NCBI GenBank assembly: GCA_051294375.1
Contig: CM119265.1
Span: 12,636,582 to 12,700,581, forward strand
Direction of reading: 5' to 3'
From: Paraspadella gotoi
Taxonomy: Eukaryota; Animalia; Chaetognatha
DNA: 64,000 bases
The translations under genes were made by a program, and so were the position numbers. Each line of letters opens with the position of its first letter. Position 1 is the first letter of the stretch. Below, one piece after another: positions 37,520-52,127 of the stretch. The notes under the pieces were generated by a model that saw only the letters and a list, made by a program, of their open reading frames with translations, had not been told where the DNA came from and ran no database searches.

Positions 37520-38275
37520 CGAAGTAGTAGTAAAACCTAATTTTTTCAAAAAAGTCAATGTTCTTTTCTCCCGTATGACCTTATCAGTGAGAAACTGTTC
37601 CCTCCCGAGGCTTCCCCTATCTTATCGCTTTTCAATTCCATTCCGTCTCTTTTTCCTTCTGTAACCTCCACCCCCCCTGGTCCCCTTCCATCTCAACTCC
37701 CCTCCTCGCTTCGCCCCGCCCCTCGAATTTTCTCACCCCCCCCCTTCGCTTCAATTCCCTATATTTCCTCCGAAAATTGATCGCCGCAAATCCAACAACC
37801 TGATTGTTCTCGGCAAACAATTCTCTCTTCGGTGACATTAAAAAAAAAAGAGAAAGAATAGAATAAAAATAAAGAAAGGATCGACGACGACAGCGACGAC
37901 GACGACGACGAGATGAGACGACGATTAGCGACAAAAATAAAGACCTGCGGTGAGAGCTACACAAAGAGAGAATAAAAAAAAAACCGCAAGGAAGGGGATT
38001 AATCCCCAATATTTTCTTGTACAGAAAAGGAGTTTGTTTTTTTTTTTTTTTTTCGTTGACGTTCCATCTTTTCTCTTTTCTTATCTTTTCTTCGCTTCTC
38101 CTTTCTTTATTCATCCTTAATCCCTAAAAATCTTACTTACCCCCTTTTTTCGCTTCCTTCTTATTTTTTTTTATGTCAGTCTAATCAGTAGAATAAGCTT
38201 ATTCTTTGAGTAGTGAGATTTTCTAAGTATGTAAGTTTATCTTTCAGTTTTCCCCCCACTTCCTCGTCTCTCTTT

Positions 38276-38348
<73 letters not shown>

Positions 38349-38435
38349 TTTCTTTATTCCCCGCCGCGATTTGTTTTTTAATCATGAATCCATGGTTACG
38401 TGTTGTTTGTCCTCGACATTAAATCCCTAAAATTC
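37520..38435 (-). other. ~900-bp segment inverted relative to its other copies
   Basis: It is the reverse complement of ~42891-43793 (and of 36904-37494). At 38435 it joins the normal-orientation downstream flank TACTTACTGCAATATGAG without a gap. Confidence 0.85.
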
Positions 38436-38559
38436 TACTTACTGCAATATGAGAGAGTACTCTAAACGAAACAAATTTTTTAAAGCAGCTTCGTTAAAAA
38501 AAAGTAGGCAAGAACTTTTTTTAGAAGGCTTCGAGCTAAAGTTGCCACGCACGAGAGAC

Positions 38560-41500
38560 CTTCACCACTTTCGCCCCGACTCCCATCTTCTCCTCCCGTG
38601 CCTCTTGCTCTATTCTCCAAACATCGACCCAACCCACTTCTCGACTTTCTTTTTCATTCGGAATCATTTCTCTTTCGCCTTTTGTCTTCTCGTTCTCTCC
38701 TCGCTATTCTCCTTTGCCGGAAGAGGCGGACATTTATCTTCTTTCCGGCAGAGGAGAAAAGTTTTTTTTTAGTCTCGGCTGGAGAAGAGATGTCGCCGTT
38801 TTATGAGTAGCGGAAAATTCTTGCTTTTTACTGCAAAGTTGATACTTTTTGATTATTCCTCTCGCTGGGAAATTTGTTTTTCCGTCTTAAGGTCGAACGA
38901 AGAGATTTTTATCCTTTCCAGCGGAGGTGGTTCCATTGTGTTTAGGAGAAGAGGAAGAACTTTTTCTTTCATCCACGATGCAGAACTTCTGTTTTGTTTA
39001 GCAAAGGGAGTTTTCCTATTCTTCTTCCTTTTCCGGTTTTTCTCGCAGATTGGGACGTTCGTTATTTTTGGGAACGATTTCCGTATTCGTTGGAACGTCA
39101 GCGGAAGAAATTTATTTTGTTTTAGCGGTGAATTAAAAGGTCCTTCTCTTTTTCCGGCGGAATGACATGCTTTTAACTTTTCTGCGAGGAGAAGGGAAAG
39201 GGGGGGTGTTTGTGCTTCGTTTCCCAGGAGGTTTGATTTTTTCAATGAAGATTTTATTTTTTTCGACACTGGATGAGATTTTTATTCGTGGAGCGAGGAA
39301 TGTTCTTTATTATCCGGACACCGGGTGCGAATTCTTATGTTTTATCGGCAAAGGAAACTGATTCTTCCCCTTTTTTCGATCGACGGGTTAGAACTTTTCC
39401 GGTTTCCAGCGAGGGAGCTTTTCGCTTTAACATTACCGAAGACGATCCGACGAGTTTGTTCCACTTAATTTTCTCTCTCGAATTTTTTCTTTCTTCTTTT
39501 CGATTTTCACGTTTTTTTCGCGCATCTCTCCGAAATTCGCGCCCCTCAAAGCAGACGTTTTCACGATGTCGCGCTCAAACGCGCGTTTCACGGATTCCGT
39601 CGAGAATTTCGCCTTTCGTCGGAATCCGCCGCAAGCTGGATTTAGCAAATTCCCATTTCTGATCGCCGTTCAAAATCCGCGTCATCTTTCACGCCGCACG
39701 TCTTTTTCGATTTCCGGCAAAACTCGCTTCTTTTTTCGTTAGTTTTCCGATCAGGGCGTCGTCTTTTTCCTTTTTTGTTCGAGATTGCGGCGATCTTTCC
39801 GGCGCTCGGTTGGGGTTCGTCGAGCGAACCGGAGTCGATTGTTGCGGCGGACGGTTCCAACTTTGACGCTGATGTCTTGATGCGGACACGTTGGGCAGAC
39901 GATTTCATAGATTGCGAAGTAAGAAGTTCTGGGAGAAATTTTTTAGACAATTCAGATTGCAAGTGCCCGCTGGGTTTCGTATTATTCGTTATTATTCCTA
40001 CTTACTTCCAGCTCGTAGCGACGTGCGCTGCATCTGCAGCAACAACAGTGCGTGCTCCATGCTGTAAAGTGAAGTGAGTGGTTGAGAGGAGTCCGCCAGG
40101 CTTGCAGAATCGTAGATGTTTTGCAGAGCGTTTTGAATCCATAGATTTCTAAATATTCGATCCAGTTTTCTTTATTTTTTGTTAAAAATATTTTTTACGA
40201 ATCGTTTGTTAGGGAGAGGCGGGCTTGTTGTCGTTTTTAATTTCCGCTTACGGATTATTACCAGAGCTCTCGGGCAAAAGTTCCTCCTTAAAAGACTTTT
40301 TACGCAATTTAACGAAACACACTTTTGGTTTTCAACATTTGTTTCAAGTTTTGCGAAAACAGTTTGGAAAAGAAATTGGGTCTAAAAACCGAAAACAATC
40401 CTTTTTATTTTTTTATTTTTTATTTTTTATTTTTTAATATTTTTATTCGTGAGAGCAAAAATTTTTAGGATTGACCTGAAATAATTTAATTAAGGCCTCA
40501 TTTCTCTCGAACTTGATTCAACAAATGAGGCGGCTTTCGTTCACTTTTTCTAGGCTTCAACAATTCTTAAAGTTAGCTTTCGCTAACCTAAGCTGCTGCT
40601 TTTTTCCCCGATGGCCCGAATCCCTACTTCGCTGACGTTCCAGGCTTGCCATTTCGGCTTCCAACTCAGGCTCATGAATTCCCCGAGCTGAAAATACAGA
40701 ACACAATGTCCACGAGGATCAACAACCAAAAAAAATATTGTGTTCATTTCCTCGGAGACGTGAGCGTCGGTCGTCGTACGTCGTCGTGTCGCGGGGCGGC
40801 GCTGCGTCCTTTAAATCGCTCTCAGTTTCGTCGTTGTACTCGAGACGAATTTTTAAAATTTTAATGTTCGTCAAAACAAGATTTAAGCACAGTTTGTTTC
40901 TACATTTTTTGTATATTTGTAATAATTATCTAAACTCTGACTTTCGGCGGTCGTTTCAAGATGATTGCAATTTTTTTTATGTTTTACATATATAATGAAA
41001 TATATAACTTTAATAAAGAACGAGTTTGGTTTTAATCAAAACCAAACCACTTTATACACAAAAAATGAAAACAAAGAGGAAATTGATATTGATGAGACGT
41101 AAGCTAGAGAACATACAGCGTGATGGGCCACGGGAAAGCAACAATAGTATCGAAAATAAAGTTTTAGAGAGGTAACCATGTCGTTTAGTTAACGCTGCCT
41201 CGATTTATTCGCCGGGTGAATTTTGTGTTTGTTGTTCACGTCTGACTCGTCGATCGTTAACTTCAAAGGAGCTTTTTTCACATCGATAACGTTTTTATTA
41301 TACACCGGTCTCGTTCTTGTTTAATCACAATCAGCGGCGATTCGAAGAGAGATTTTCACTGGAATTTCGCGTGAACGATTCACGATTCACCCGGAATCTT
41401 GTCTGTCTTGTTTCTTCTCTTCCTTTCATCGCCATCACACGGGGTTCACGGTCTGGATCCCACCTTTCACTTCATCTCCCTCTTTCTTTACCTTCCTCTA

Positions 41501-41937
41501 CTAAACTCCTCCTCCTCCTCTTCTTCCTCCTTTCCTCTTCCCCCTCCTTCCACGTTTCCCACGTCGTACACTAAGGATCTCAGCGCCGACGAAGGAAATC
41601 ATCCCAACAGCGATCAATCACGACGATTCGAAGGTGAGATTTCGATCTCGGGGGTGGTAAGTTGGGGATGGTGGAGTGAGAGGGGGTGGGGTTGGGGATG
41701 GTTGGAGCTGAGAGGGTGGATGGGGGACCTGAGGGGGGTTGGGGTGGGATGGTGGAGCTGTAGAGAGGGTGGGGGTTGGGGATGGTGAGCTGAGAGGGTG
41801 TGGGGTTGGGGATTGGTGGAGCTGAGAGAGGGAGGGGTTGGAGATAGGATTAGGGACGAATGTAGTCGGTCTGGCGTGGGAAGGGTTTCAATGGGGAGGC
41901 CAGACGAAGATGCGTCTGGCTGAGAGAGAGTAGAAGA

Positions 41938-41978
<41 letters not shown>

Positions 41979-42980
41979 AGAGAGAAAGAAGAGAGTAGAA
42001 AATTGCGAGAGCGAGAAGAGAGGGGCCAAGTTTTCAAAATTAAAAGGAAGGCTTGAGGTTTAAAAGTTTGATATCTTAACCCGAAGCGTGCAATAAAAGG
42101 CGAACTGGGAACGGGTTGAGTTGGCGGGTAGGACGCTGAGGGAGGGGGGGTAAGAAGGTGAAAAGGTCAGCAGGTCAGTGGAAGGGTTTAAAGATCGAGA
42201 GGGCAAGTGATCTATGGGTTTCGGGTGAGGCGGAGGCGAATAAAGGTGAGTGGGATGAATGGAAGGAGGAAACAATTACCGATTCCTCGATCTCTCAGTT
42301 CGACAGTCGGAACGAATCCGGAAGCGTGCTGAGCAGGCGTAAGACTGTGTACACAGTTGCTGCTATGCCGTTTTTGTTGGGGGTACGCAGAGGTTAAATT
42401 TTCTTCGGTTTTTAAACCCTGGTAGCAGAATTTAGTAAGTTTCTTTTATTTAAAGTTTGACCGTCTCGTATCACTATCAGATCAGATAAATATTACCTCC
42501 CAGTAAGCAGAAACGCGAAAAACCCAGCAGGCTGATAAATTGCTGGAGAAAATTACTCGATATTGGACGGACAGGAAATGCTTCTTATCGCACGGCAAGG
42601 TCGTTTTTCATAATTCTTTTGTAGCGGGATTCTAATTTACGTATTTTTTTTTATTTCTATAAAACCGAGACAATGCGAACCGCTAGCATGTCTTGCTCAA
42701 ACTCGTAGCTTTAAATTTCCGAAACAAACACAAAACACTGTTTTGTAACTTTGTAACAAATAAGAAAAGAAATAAAGACAGAAACCGCCTCTACGTCCGG
42801 ATGAAAAAAAACCCCAAAAACACAAATAAAACAAATTTGTCGTAAAAAAAAAACGCAAAAAAGGGGAAAAAAGTCGACTCGCTGCTGGTCGAATTTTAGG
42901 GATTTATATTCGAGGACAAACAACACGTACACATGGATTCATGATTAAAAAAAAATCGCGGCGGGGAATAAAGAAAAAAG

Positions 42981-43049
<69 letters not shown>

Positions 43050-43978
43050 AGACGACGTGGGGGGAAACTGAAAGATAAACTTACATACTTAGAAATATCA
43101 CATACTCAAAGATATAGCTTATTCTACTGATTAGACTGACATAAAAAAAAATTAAGAAGGAAGCGAAAAAAGGGGTAAGTAAGATTTTTGAGGATTAAGG
43201 ATGAATAAAGAAAGGAGAAGCGAAGAAAAGATAAGAAGAGGAAAAGATGGAACGTCAACGAAAAAAAAAAAAAAAACAAACTCCTTTTCTGTACAAGAAA
43301 ATATTGGGTGATTAATTCCCCTTCCTTGCGGTTTTTTTTTTATTCTCTCTTTTGTGTAGCTCTCACCGCAGGTCTTTATTTTTGTCGGCTAATCGTCGTC
43401 TATCATCGTCGTCGTCGTCGCTGTCCGTCGTCGATCGCTTTCTTTATTTTTATTCTATTCTTTCCTTCTTTTTTTTTTAATGTCACCGAAGAGAGAATGT
43501 TTGCCGAGACAATCAGGTTTGTTGATTTGCGGCGATCAATTTTCGGAGGAAAATAGGGAATTGGAGCGAGGGGGGGGGGTGAGAAAATTCGAGGGGCGGG
43601 GCGAAGCGAGGAGGGGGGTTGAGATGGAAGGGGACCAGGGGGGTGGAGGTTACAGAGGGAAAAAGAGACGGAATGGAATTGAAAAGCGATAAGATAGGGG
43701 AAGCCCGCGGGAGGGAACAGTTTCTCACTGATAAGGTCATACGGGGAGAAAAGAACATTTGACTTTTTTGAAAAATTAGGTTTTACTACTACTCTGTACT
43801 TACTGCAATATGAGAGGTATACTACAACGAAACAAATTTTTTAAAGCAGCTTCGTTAAAAAAAAGTAGGCCAAGAACTTTTTTAGAAGGCTTCGAGCTAA
43901 AGTTGCTCAAAAGTCTGTAAGTTGGTGACCAAATACCCCAGAGGTCAGTACGGTTCAGTTTCGATAGCGTTGATCGTC
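38560..43978 (+). repeat. Indel-rich re-copy of ~32760-37494 and its continuation (probable gap-filling artefact; contains the broken 5' half of paralog B)
   Basis: Collinear with 32760 onward, with dense 1-bp indels, and ends at a 25-N gap. Confidence 0.9.
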
Positions 43979-44254
43979 NNNNNNNNNNNNNNNNNNNNNN
44001 NNNCGATTCTATTCAGAACCACCAAAACAATAAACAATAAAAATTCACAACCAATTCCACATGTTCGAACGAAAAAACATTTACAAAAGCTATTTTCTTC
44101 GTTTTTACGATTTTATTTAGAAAAGAAAAGAAATGTTCGCAGATCCGGCAGGGAAATAGAAACGTTTGGAAACTTCTATTCCAGCGTTACGACGTGTCTC
44201 GTCTGCGAATCGGTAGGCGTGGCCGAACATCTCTCTCCACGCCCCCTTCCCCCA

Positions 44255-47200
44255 CGCACGAGAGACCTTCACCACTTTCGCCCCGACTCCCATCTTCTCC
44301 TCCCGTGCCTCTTGCTCTATTCTCCAAACATCGACCCAACCCACTTCTCGACTTTCTTTTTCATTCGGAATCATTTCTCTTTCGCCTTTTGTCTTCTCGT
44401 TCTCTCCTCGCTATTCTCCTTTGCCGGAAGAGGCGGAAATTTATCCTTCTTTCCGGCAGAGGAGAAAAGTTTTTTTATTAGTCTCGGCTGGAGAAGAATG
44501 TCCCGTTTTATGAGTAGCGGAAAATTCTTGCTTTTTACTGAAAGTGATACTCTTTTGACTTTTCTCTTCGCTAGGGACAATTTGTTTTTCCGTCTTTAAA
44601 GTCGAACTAAGAGATTTTTATCCTTTCCAGCGGAGGTGGTTCCATTGTGTTTAGGGAGAAGAGGAAGAACTTTTTCTTTCACGAACGAATGCAGAACTTT
44701 CGTTTTGGTTTAGCAAAGGGATTTCCATATTCTTCTTCCTTTTCTGGTTTTTCTCGCAGATTGAGGAGCGTTCGTTATTTTTGGGAAACATTTCCGTATT
44801 CGTGGAACGTCAGGGAAGAATTTATTTTGTTTTTAGCGGTGAATTAAAAGGTCCTTCTCTTTTTCCGGCGGAATGACATGCTTTTACTTTTCTGCGAGGA
44901 GAAGGGGAAAGGGGGTGTTTTGCTTCGTTTTCCAGGAGGGTTTGATTTTTTCCAATGAAGATTTTATTTTTTCGACACTGGATGAAGATTTTTATTCGTG
45001 GAGGAGGAATGTTCTTTATTATCCGGACGACCGGGTGCGAATTCTTATGTTTTTATCGGCAAAGGAAATGATTCTTCCCCTTTTTTCGATCGACGGGTGA
45101 GAACTTTTTCCGGTTTGCCAGCGAGGAGCTTTTCGCTGTTACATACGAAGACGATCCGACGGAGTTTTTCCACTGTAATTTTCTCTCTCGAATTTTTTTC
45201 TTTCTTCTTTTCGATTTTCACGTTTTTTTTCGCGTCTCTCCGAAATTCGCGCCTCCAAAGCAGACGTTTTCACGATGTGCGCGTCAAACCGCGTTTCAGG
45301 ATTCCGTCGAGAATTTCGCCTTTCGTGCGGAATCTCGCCGCAAGCTGGATTTAGCAAATCCCTCTTTCTGATCGCCGTTCAAAATCCGCGTCATCTTTCA
45401 CCGCCACACGTCTTTTTCGATTTCCGGCAAAACTCGCTTCTTTTTTCGTCTAGTTTTCCGATCAGGGCGCGTCTGTTTCCTTTTTTTGTTCGAGATTGCG
45501 GCGAATCTTTTCCGGCGCCCGTTTGGGGTTCGTCGAGCTGGAACCGGAGTCGTTGTTGCGGCGACGGTTCGCAACTATTTGACGCTGATGCTTTGATGCG
45601 ACACGTTGGGCAGACATTTCATAGCATGCGAAGTAAGAAAGGTTCTTGGGAGAAATATTTTTAGACAATCAGATTGCAAGTGCCCGCTGGGTTCGTATTA
45701 TTTCGTTATTATCCTACTTACTTCCAGCTCGGTAGCGACGTGCGCTGCATCTGCAGAACAACAGTGCGTCTTCCATGCTGTAAAGTGAAGTTCGAATGGT
45801 TTGCGAGGAGTCCGCCAGGCTTGCCAGAATCGTAGACGTTTTGCAGAGCGTTTTGAATCCATAGATTCTCTAAATATTCGATCCAAGTTTTCTTTATTTT
45901 TTGTTAAAAATATTTTTACGAATCGTTTGTTAGGAGAGAGGCGGGCTTGTTTGTCGTTTTTAATTTCCCGCTTACGGAGTTTTACTCACGAGCTCCTCGG
46001 GTCGAAAAGTTTCCTCCTTTAAAAGACTTTTTACGCAATTTAACGAAAACACTTTTTTGTTTTCAACATTGTTTCAAGTTTCTGCGAAAACAGTTTGGAA
46101 AGAAATTGGGTCTAAAAATGCGAAAACAATCCTTTTTATTTTTTTATTTTTTATTTTTTATTTTTTCAATTATTTTTATTCGTGAGAGCAAAACATTTTT
46201 AGGATTGACCTGAAATAAATTTAATTTAGGGCCTCCTTTCTCTCGAACTTGATTCAAAATGAGGCGGCTTTCGTTCACTTTTCTAGGCTTCAACAATTCT
46301 TAAGTAGGCTTTCGCTAACCTAAGGCTGCTGCTTTTTTCCCGATGGCGAATCCTACTTCGCTGACGTTCCAGGCTGCCGAGTTTCGGCTTCCAACTCACG
46401 GCTCATGAACTTCCCAGCTGAAAATACAGAAAACACAATGTCACGAGGATCAACACCAAAAAAAATATTGGTTCATTCTCCTCGGAGACGTGAGCGTCGT
46501 CGTCGTACGTCGTCGTCGTCGGGAGGGGCGGCCTGCGTCTCTTTAAATCGCTCTTAGTTTCGTCGTTGTACTCGAGACGAATTTTTAAAATTTTAATGTT
46601 CGTCAAACAAGATTTAGCACAGTTTGTTCTACATATTTTTGTATATTTGTAATAATTGATTAAACTCTGTGACTTTCGGCGGTCGTTTCAAGATGATTGC
46701 AAATTTTTTTTATGTATTTACATATAGTAATGAATATATAACTTAATAAAGAAGACGTTTGGTTTTAAATCAAAACCAAACCACTTTATACACAAAAATG
46801 AAAACAAAGAGAAATACTGATTTAAAGAGTGATGAGTAATATGTGAACATAGCACTGATCAGGAAAGGAACGAAGTTATAATCGAAAATAAAAGTTTTTA
46901 GAGAGGTAACCCATGTTCGTTCAGGTTAACGCTGGCCTCGATTTATTCGCGGGTGAATTTTGTTGTTTGTTGTTCACGTCTGACTTCGTCGACTCGTTAA
47001 CTTCAGAAGGAGCTTTTTCATCGATAACGTTTTTAAATACATCGGTCTCGTTCTTGTTTAATCACAATCAGGCGATTCCGAACGACGAGATTGTTCACTG
47101 GAAATTCGCGTGAACGATTTCACGATTCACCCGGAATCTTGTCTTGTCTTGTTTCCTTCTCTCCTTTCATCGCCATCTAACGGGGTTCACGGTCTGGATC

Positions 47201-48720
47201 CCACCTTTCACTCATCTCCCTCTTTCTTTAACCTTCCTCTACTAATACTCTCCTCCTCCTCTTCTTCCTCTCTCTTCCTCTTTCCCCCTCCTTCACGCTT
47301 CCCAACGTCGGTACTAGAGGTCTCAGCGCCGACGAAGGAAATCATCCCCAACAGCGATCAATCCGACGATTCGAAGGTGAGATTTCGATCCTCGGGGGTG
47401 GTTAAGTTGGGGATGGTGGAGTGAGAGGGGGTGGGGTTGGGGATGGTTGGAGCTGAGAGGGGTGAGGTGGGAGCTGGGGGGGTTGGGGTGATGGTGGAGC
47501 TGAGAGAGGGTGGGGTTGGGGATGGTGAGCTGGAGAGGGTGTGGGGTTGGGGATTGGTGGAGCTGATGAAGAGGGATGGGGTTGGAAAGATTAGGATTGG
47601 ACGAATGTAGTCGGTCTGGGCGTGGGAAGGGTTTCCAATGGGGAAGGCCAGACGAAGATGCGTCTGGCTGAGAGAGAGTAGAAGAAGAGAGAGAAGAGAG
47701 GAGAGAGAGAGAGAGAGAGAGAAGGAGAGAGATAGAGAAGAGAGTAGAAAATTGGAGAGCGAGAAAGAGGGGCCAGTTTTTCAAAATTAAAGGAAGGCTT
47801 GAGGTTTTAAAGTTTGATATCTTAACCCGAAGCGTGCAATAAAAGGCGAACTGGGAACGGGTTTGAAGTTGGCGGGTAGGGACGCTGAGGGAGGGGCGGT
47901 CAAGAAGGTGAAAAGGTTCAGGAGGTAAGTGGAGGTTTAAAGATCGAGGGGCAGTGATCTCATGGGTTCGGGTGAGCGGAGGCGAATTAAAGGTGAGTGG
48001 ATGAATGGAAGGAAGGAACATTACCGATTCCTCGATCTCTCAGTTCGACGTCGGAACGAATCCGCGGGCGTGCTGAGGCAGGCGTAAGACTGTGTACACA
48101 GTTGCTGCTATCCGTTTTTGTTGGGGGACGCAGAGGTAAATTTTCTTCGGTTTTAAACCCTGTAGCAGAATTTAGTAAGTTTCTTTTATTTAAAGTTTGA
48201 CCGTCTCGTATCACTAATCAGATCAGATAAATATTTACCTCCCCAGTAAGCAGATAACGCGAAAACCAGCAGGCTGATAAATTGCTGGAGAAAATTACTC
48301 GGAATATTGGACGGACAGAAATGCCTTCTTATCGCAGAGCAAGCGTCGTTTTTCATAATTCTTTTTGTAGCGGGATTCTATTTCGTATTTTTTTTTATTT
48401 TATAAAACCGAGACAATGCGACGCCTAGCATGTCTTGCTCAAACTCGTAGCTTTAAATTTCCGAAACAAACACAAAAACGTTTGTAACTTTGTAAACAAT
48501 TAGAAAAGAAATAAAGACAGAAACCGCCTCTAACGCCGGATGAAAAAACCCAAAAAACACAAAATAAAACAAATTTGTCGTAAAAAAAAAACGCAAAAAA
48601 GGGAAAAAAGTCGACTCGCTTGCTGGGGTCGAATTTTAGGGATTTATATTCGAGGACAAACAACACGTACACATGGATTCATGATTAAAAAAAAATCGCG
48701 GCGGGGAATAAAGAAAAAAG

Positions 48721-48789
<69 letters not shown>

Positions 48790-49968
48790 AGACGACGTGG
48801 GGGGAAACTGAAAGATAAACTTACATACTTAGAAATATCACATACTCAAAGATATAGCTTATTCTACTGATTAGACTGACATAAAAAAAAATTAAGAAGG
48901 AAGCGAAAAAAGGGGTAAGTAAGATTTTTGAGGATTAAGGATGAATAAAGAAAGGAGAAGCGAAGAAAAGATAAGAAGAGGAAAAGATGGAACGTCAACG
49001 AAAAAAAAAAAAAAAACAAACTCCTTTTCTGTACAAGAAAATATTGGGTGATTAATTCCCCTTCCTTGCGGTTTTTTTTTTATTCTCTCTTTTGTGTAGC
49101 TCTCACCGCAGGTCTTTATTTTTGTCGGCTAATCGTCGTCTATCATCGTCGTCGTCGTCGCTGTCCGTCGTCGATCGCTTTCTTTATTTTTATTCTATTC
49201 TTTCCTTCTTTTTTTTTTAATGTCACCGAAGAGAGAATGTTTGCCGAGACAATCAGGTTTGTTGATTTGCGGCGATCAATTTTCGGAGGAAAATAGGGAA
49301 TTGGAGGAGGGGGGGGGGTGAGAAAATTCGAGGGGCGGGGCGAAGCGAGGAGGGGGGTTGAGATGGAAGGGGACCAGGGGGGTGGAGGTTACAGAGGGAA
49401 AAAGAGACGGAATGGAATTGAAAAGCGATAAGATAGGGGAAGCCCGCGGGAGGGAACAGTTTCTCACTGATAAGGTCATACGGGGAGAAAAGAACATTTG
49501 ACTTTTTTGAAAAATTAGGTTTTACTACTACTCTGTACTTACTGCAATATGAGAGGTAGTACTACAACGAAACAAATTTTTTAAAGCAGCTTCGTTAAAA
49601 AAAAGTAGGCCAAGAAATTTTTTAGAAGGCTTCGAGCTAAAGTTGCTCAAAAGTCTGTAAGTTGGTGACCAAATACCCCAGAGGTCAGTACGGTTCAGTT
49701 TCGATAGCGTTGATCGTCCGATTCTATTCAGAACCACCAAAACAATAAACAATAAAAATTCACAACCAATTCCACATGTTCGAACGAAAAAACATTTACA
49801 AAAGCTATTTCTTCTGTTTTTACGATTTTATTTAGAAAAGAAAAGAAATGTTCGCAGATCCGCAGGGAAATAGAAACGTTTGGAAACTTCTATTCCAGCG
49901 TTACGACGTGTCTCGTCTGCGAATCGGTAGGCGTGGCCGAACATCTCTCTCCACGCCCCCTTCCCCAG
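44255..49968 (+). repeat. Third, indel-rich copy of the same block
   Basis: It begins with the same ~180-nt error-laden string as the copy at ~38546. ~48630-49717 is near-identical to ~42890-43978, and 44004-44250 duplicates 49720-49965. Confidence 0.9.
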
Positions 49969-50103
49969 TTCCCCTCCCCAAAATCGGCTATCATCGCGTC
50001 CCCCTCCCCCCTATCGTTCATCCGGATAATATCCTTCCCCCCGAGTTCCTTTTTTCGCTCGAGATACCTTACCACATTAGCTCTTTATCAAATCCCCGGG
50101 TAA

Positions 50104-50182
<79 letters not shown>

Positions 50183-50920
50183 CTANNNNNNNNNNNNNNN
50201 NNNNNNNNNNCACTACGTCAGCGACCAAACCGATGGCAACATCCCTCCACTCTTTCTTGCTCTGTCGCCGAAAAAAAAATGGAAGAAAAGATAGGTTCGC
50301 GAGGCGAATAGATAGGTTGGAAGGCGATGTATGGAATATTTATCGGTACGTGAGGCGCGAAACGGCTCCCTTCTTTCCCCCCCTTTGCCAACGAATAAAA
50401 AAAGAGAAGGAAGAGGGGAAAAAAAGGGAAAAAAAAGAAGACGAGGTTTCCTTTTTGGTAACTAAAACGGTATCGTCACTTTTCTTTTCTCTCTCTCTCT
50501 CTCTCTTCTTCCCCTTCCCTTTCCCTCACGGCTCATAGGTGAGAAAACGAGGTGGATATAGGGTAATAGGGTTACGGTTATGGGCGATGAGGGACGCGGT
50601 TGTGAATGGTTAATGGAGCGGGAGGAGTGGAAAGCGGAAGTGAAGCTCGAAAGTGGAAAGCGGATGTAGAAAAGCCGAAAGTTTAACTGCTGTTCGAATT
50701 CGGCGACGGAATCAAAACGCAATGACGAACTCAAAAGTCGTAGCAAAGTAAGATTCTAAATTGAAACCGATTTCAGTGAATATGGATTGCATACTGAAAG
50801 GCATAAGAGATGAAATAGAAAACGAAACCTAAATTTTAGATGGAAGTGAACTTAGCACATCGGTTCAACAGAAAGTGAATACGGAGGCGGAATGGAAAAT
50901 GGAAGCAGTCAACTATTTAA

Positions 50921-50957
<37 letters not shown>

Positions 50958-51651
50958 CGCCGTGTCATAGGTCGGCGTGTCTCGACGTCTCTCCCTCTCA
51001 CGGGCGACGTCTCCAGTAATTACGTTTCGTGGGTGACGGAGATTATCGGTCGAAGGGAAGAGGGAGAGAGAGTTGACAAATGAGAGGAATTTACTTCGAC
51101 ATTTTTTGACGTTTTGATATTCGTGTAATAGACGACTTACGATTTTTTTTTCCTTTTTTTTTTTTGTAGCAGAGACGCAATGTTTGCAGGCTGTTGTCGA
51201 AGCGAATGTAATAAGACTTTTTCCAATGGAACTCCACCTCTTTTTTAAATAAAGTTTATTTTCATTTTGATATTAACAACTGTCGTTGGAAGTGAGAAAT
51301 CGTTTTACCGATTAGACACAAACAAGAAAATCGAGCAATCGAACTCACGCGGGGCTGATGAAGCTCATCTTCCCTTAATTGCTCTTCGTTCTCTTCGAAT
51401 AACGAGGGACTGAGCGGCGGCGAAGCGGAGAAACACCTGCTTTCTGTCACCATGACAACCGACAATAGCGAGACGGGTAATCTCAGTCGCCGAGGAAGTG
51501 GCAACAAAAAAAATCGCCAACTTAGTACTGAAATTGCGACTGTCATTGGGCCGATCAAAAATTATAATTAACAAAATAAATAAATAGTAAACAATTAATA
51601 AATAGTAAACAAACAAAATAAAACAACAAACGACGATCTCTCTTTACTCAC

Positions 51652-52127
51652 CCGTTCGTGAGCGGCGAATCGGGCGGCGGAGTCGTCCAGCGGCTCCACG
51701 ATTCCTTCCTTCGAGATGTTATTCAGCGTCGGGATTGAGCCCGATAGCGTCGAGCCCAAGCCCAGCCCCAGTCCGCCCAGCGGGGCCACCCCTTCCAGCG
51801 TCACGTGACCCAAGTTCCCGTAAAGAGCGTTGATGTTGGGCGTGGAGGAGAGATGCAGCTGATGCTCCAGCGAGGGCGGAAACGGCGGTAGCGGCGGCGG
51901 CGTTGGCGAGTAGTTGGCGGTGGACGTCACCGACCCGGCCGCAGCCGCCGAGACCGCCGCCGAATGCTGATGCTGTTGCTGCGCGGCGATGGCGGCGGCG
52001 GCTAAGCTGGAGGCTGGGGCGTGGCCCAAGGTGGCGTAGGACGGCGGGGGCGGATGGTGAAGGGTCATGATGTGGGAGGTGGGGGTGGCGAGAGGTCCGG
52101 AGATGGTGGAGATGGAGGGGACGGCGC
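51652..52127 (-). CDS. Ig-like receptor, cytoplasmic exon with PPxY and Tyr motifs
   Basis: ccccag|(G)AVPSISTISGPL...HHPPPPSYATLGH...ALYGNLGH...SAARFAAHER|gtgagt; the phase 1 entry matches the previous exon. Confidence 0.8.

Noticed and set aside
38560-46000. Expanded family of pseudogenised paralog B copies
   Set aside because: The indel-dominated divergence and identical garbled starts point to assembly artefact.
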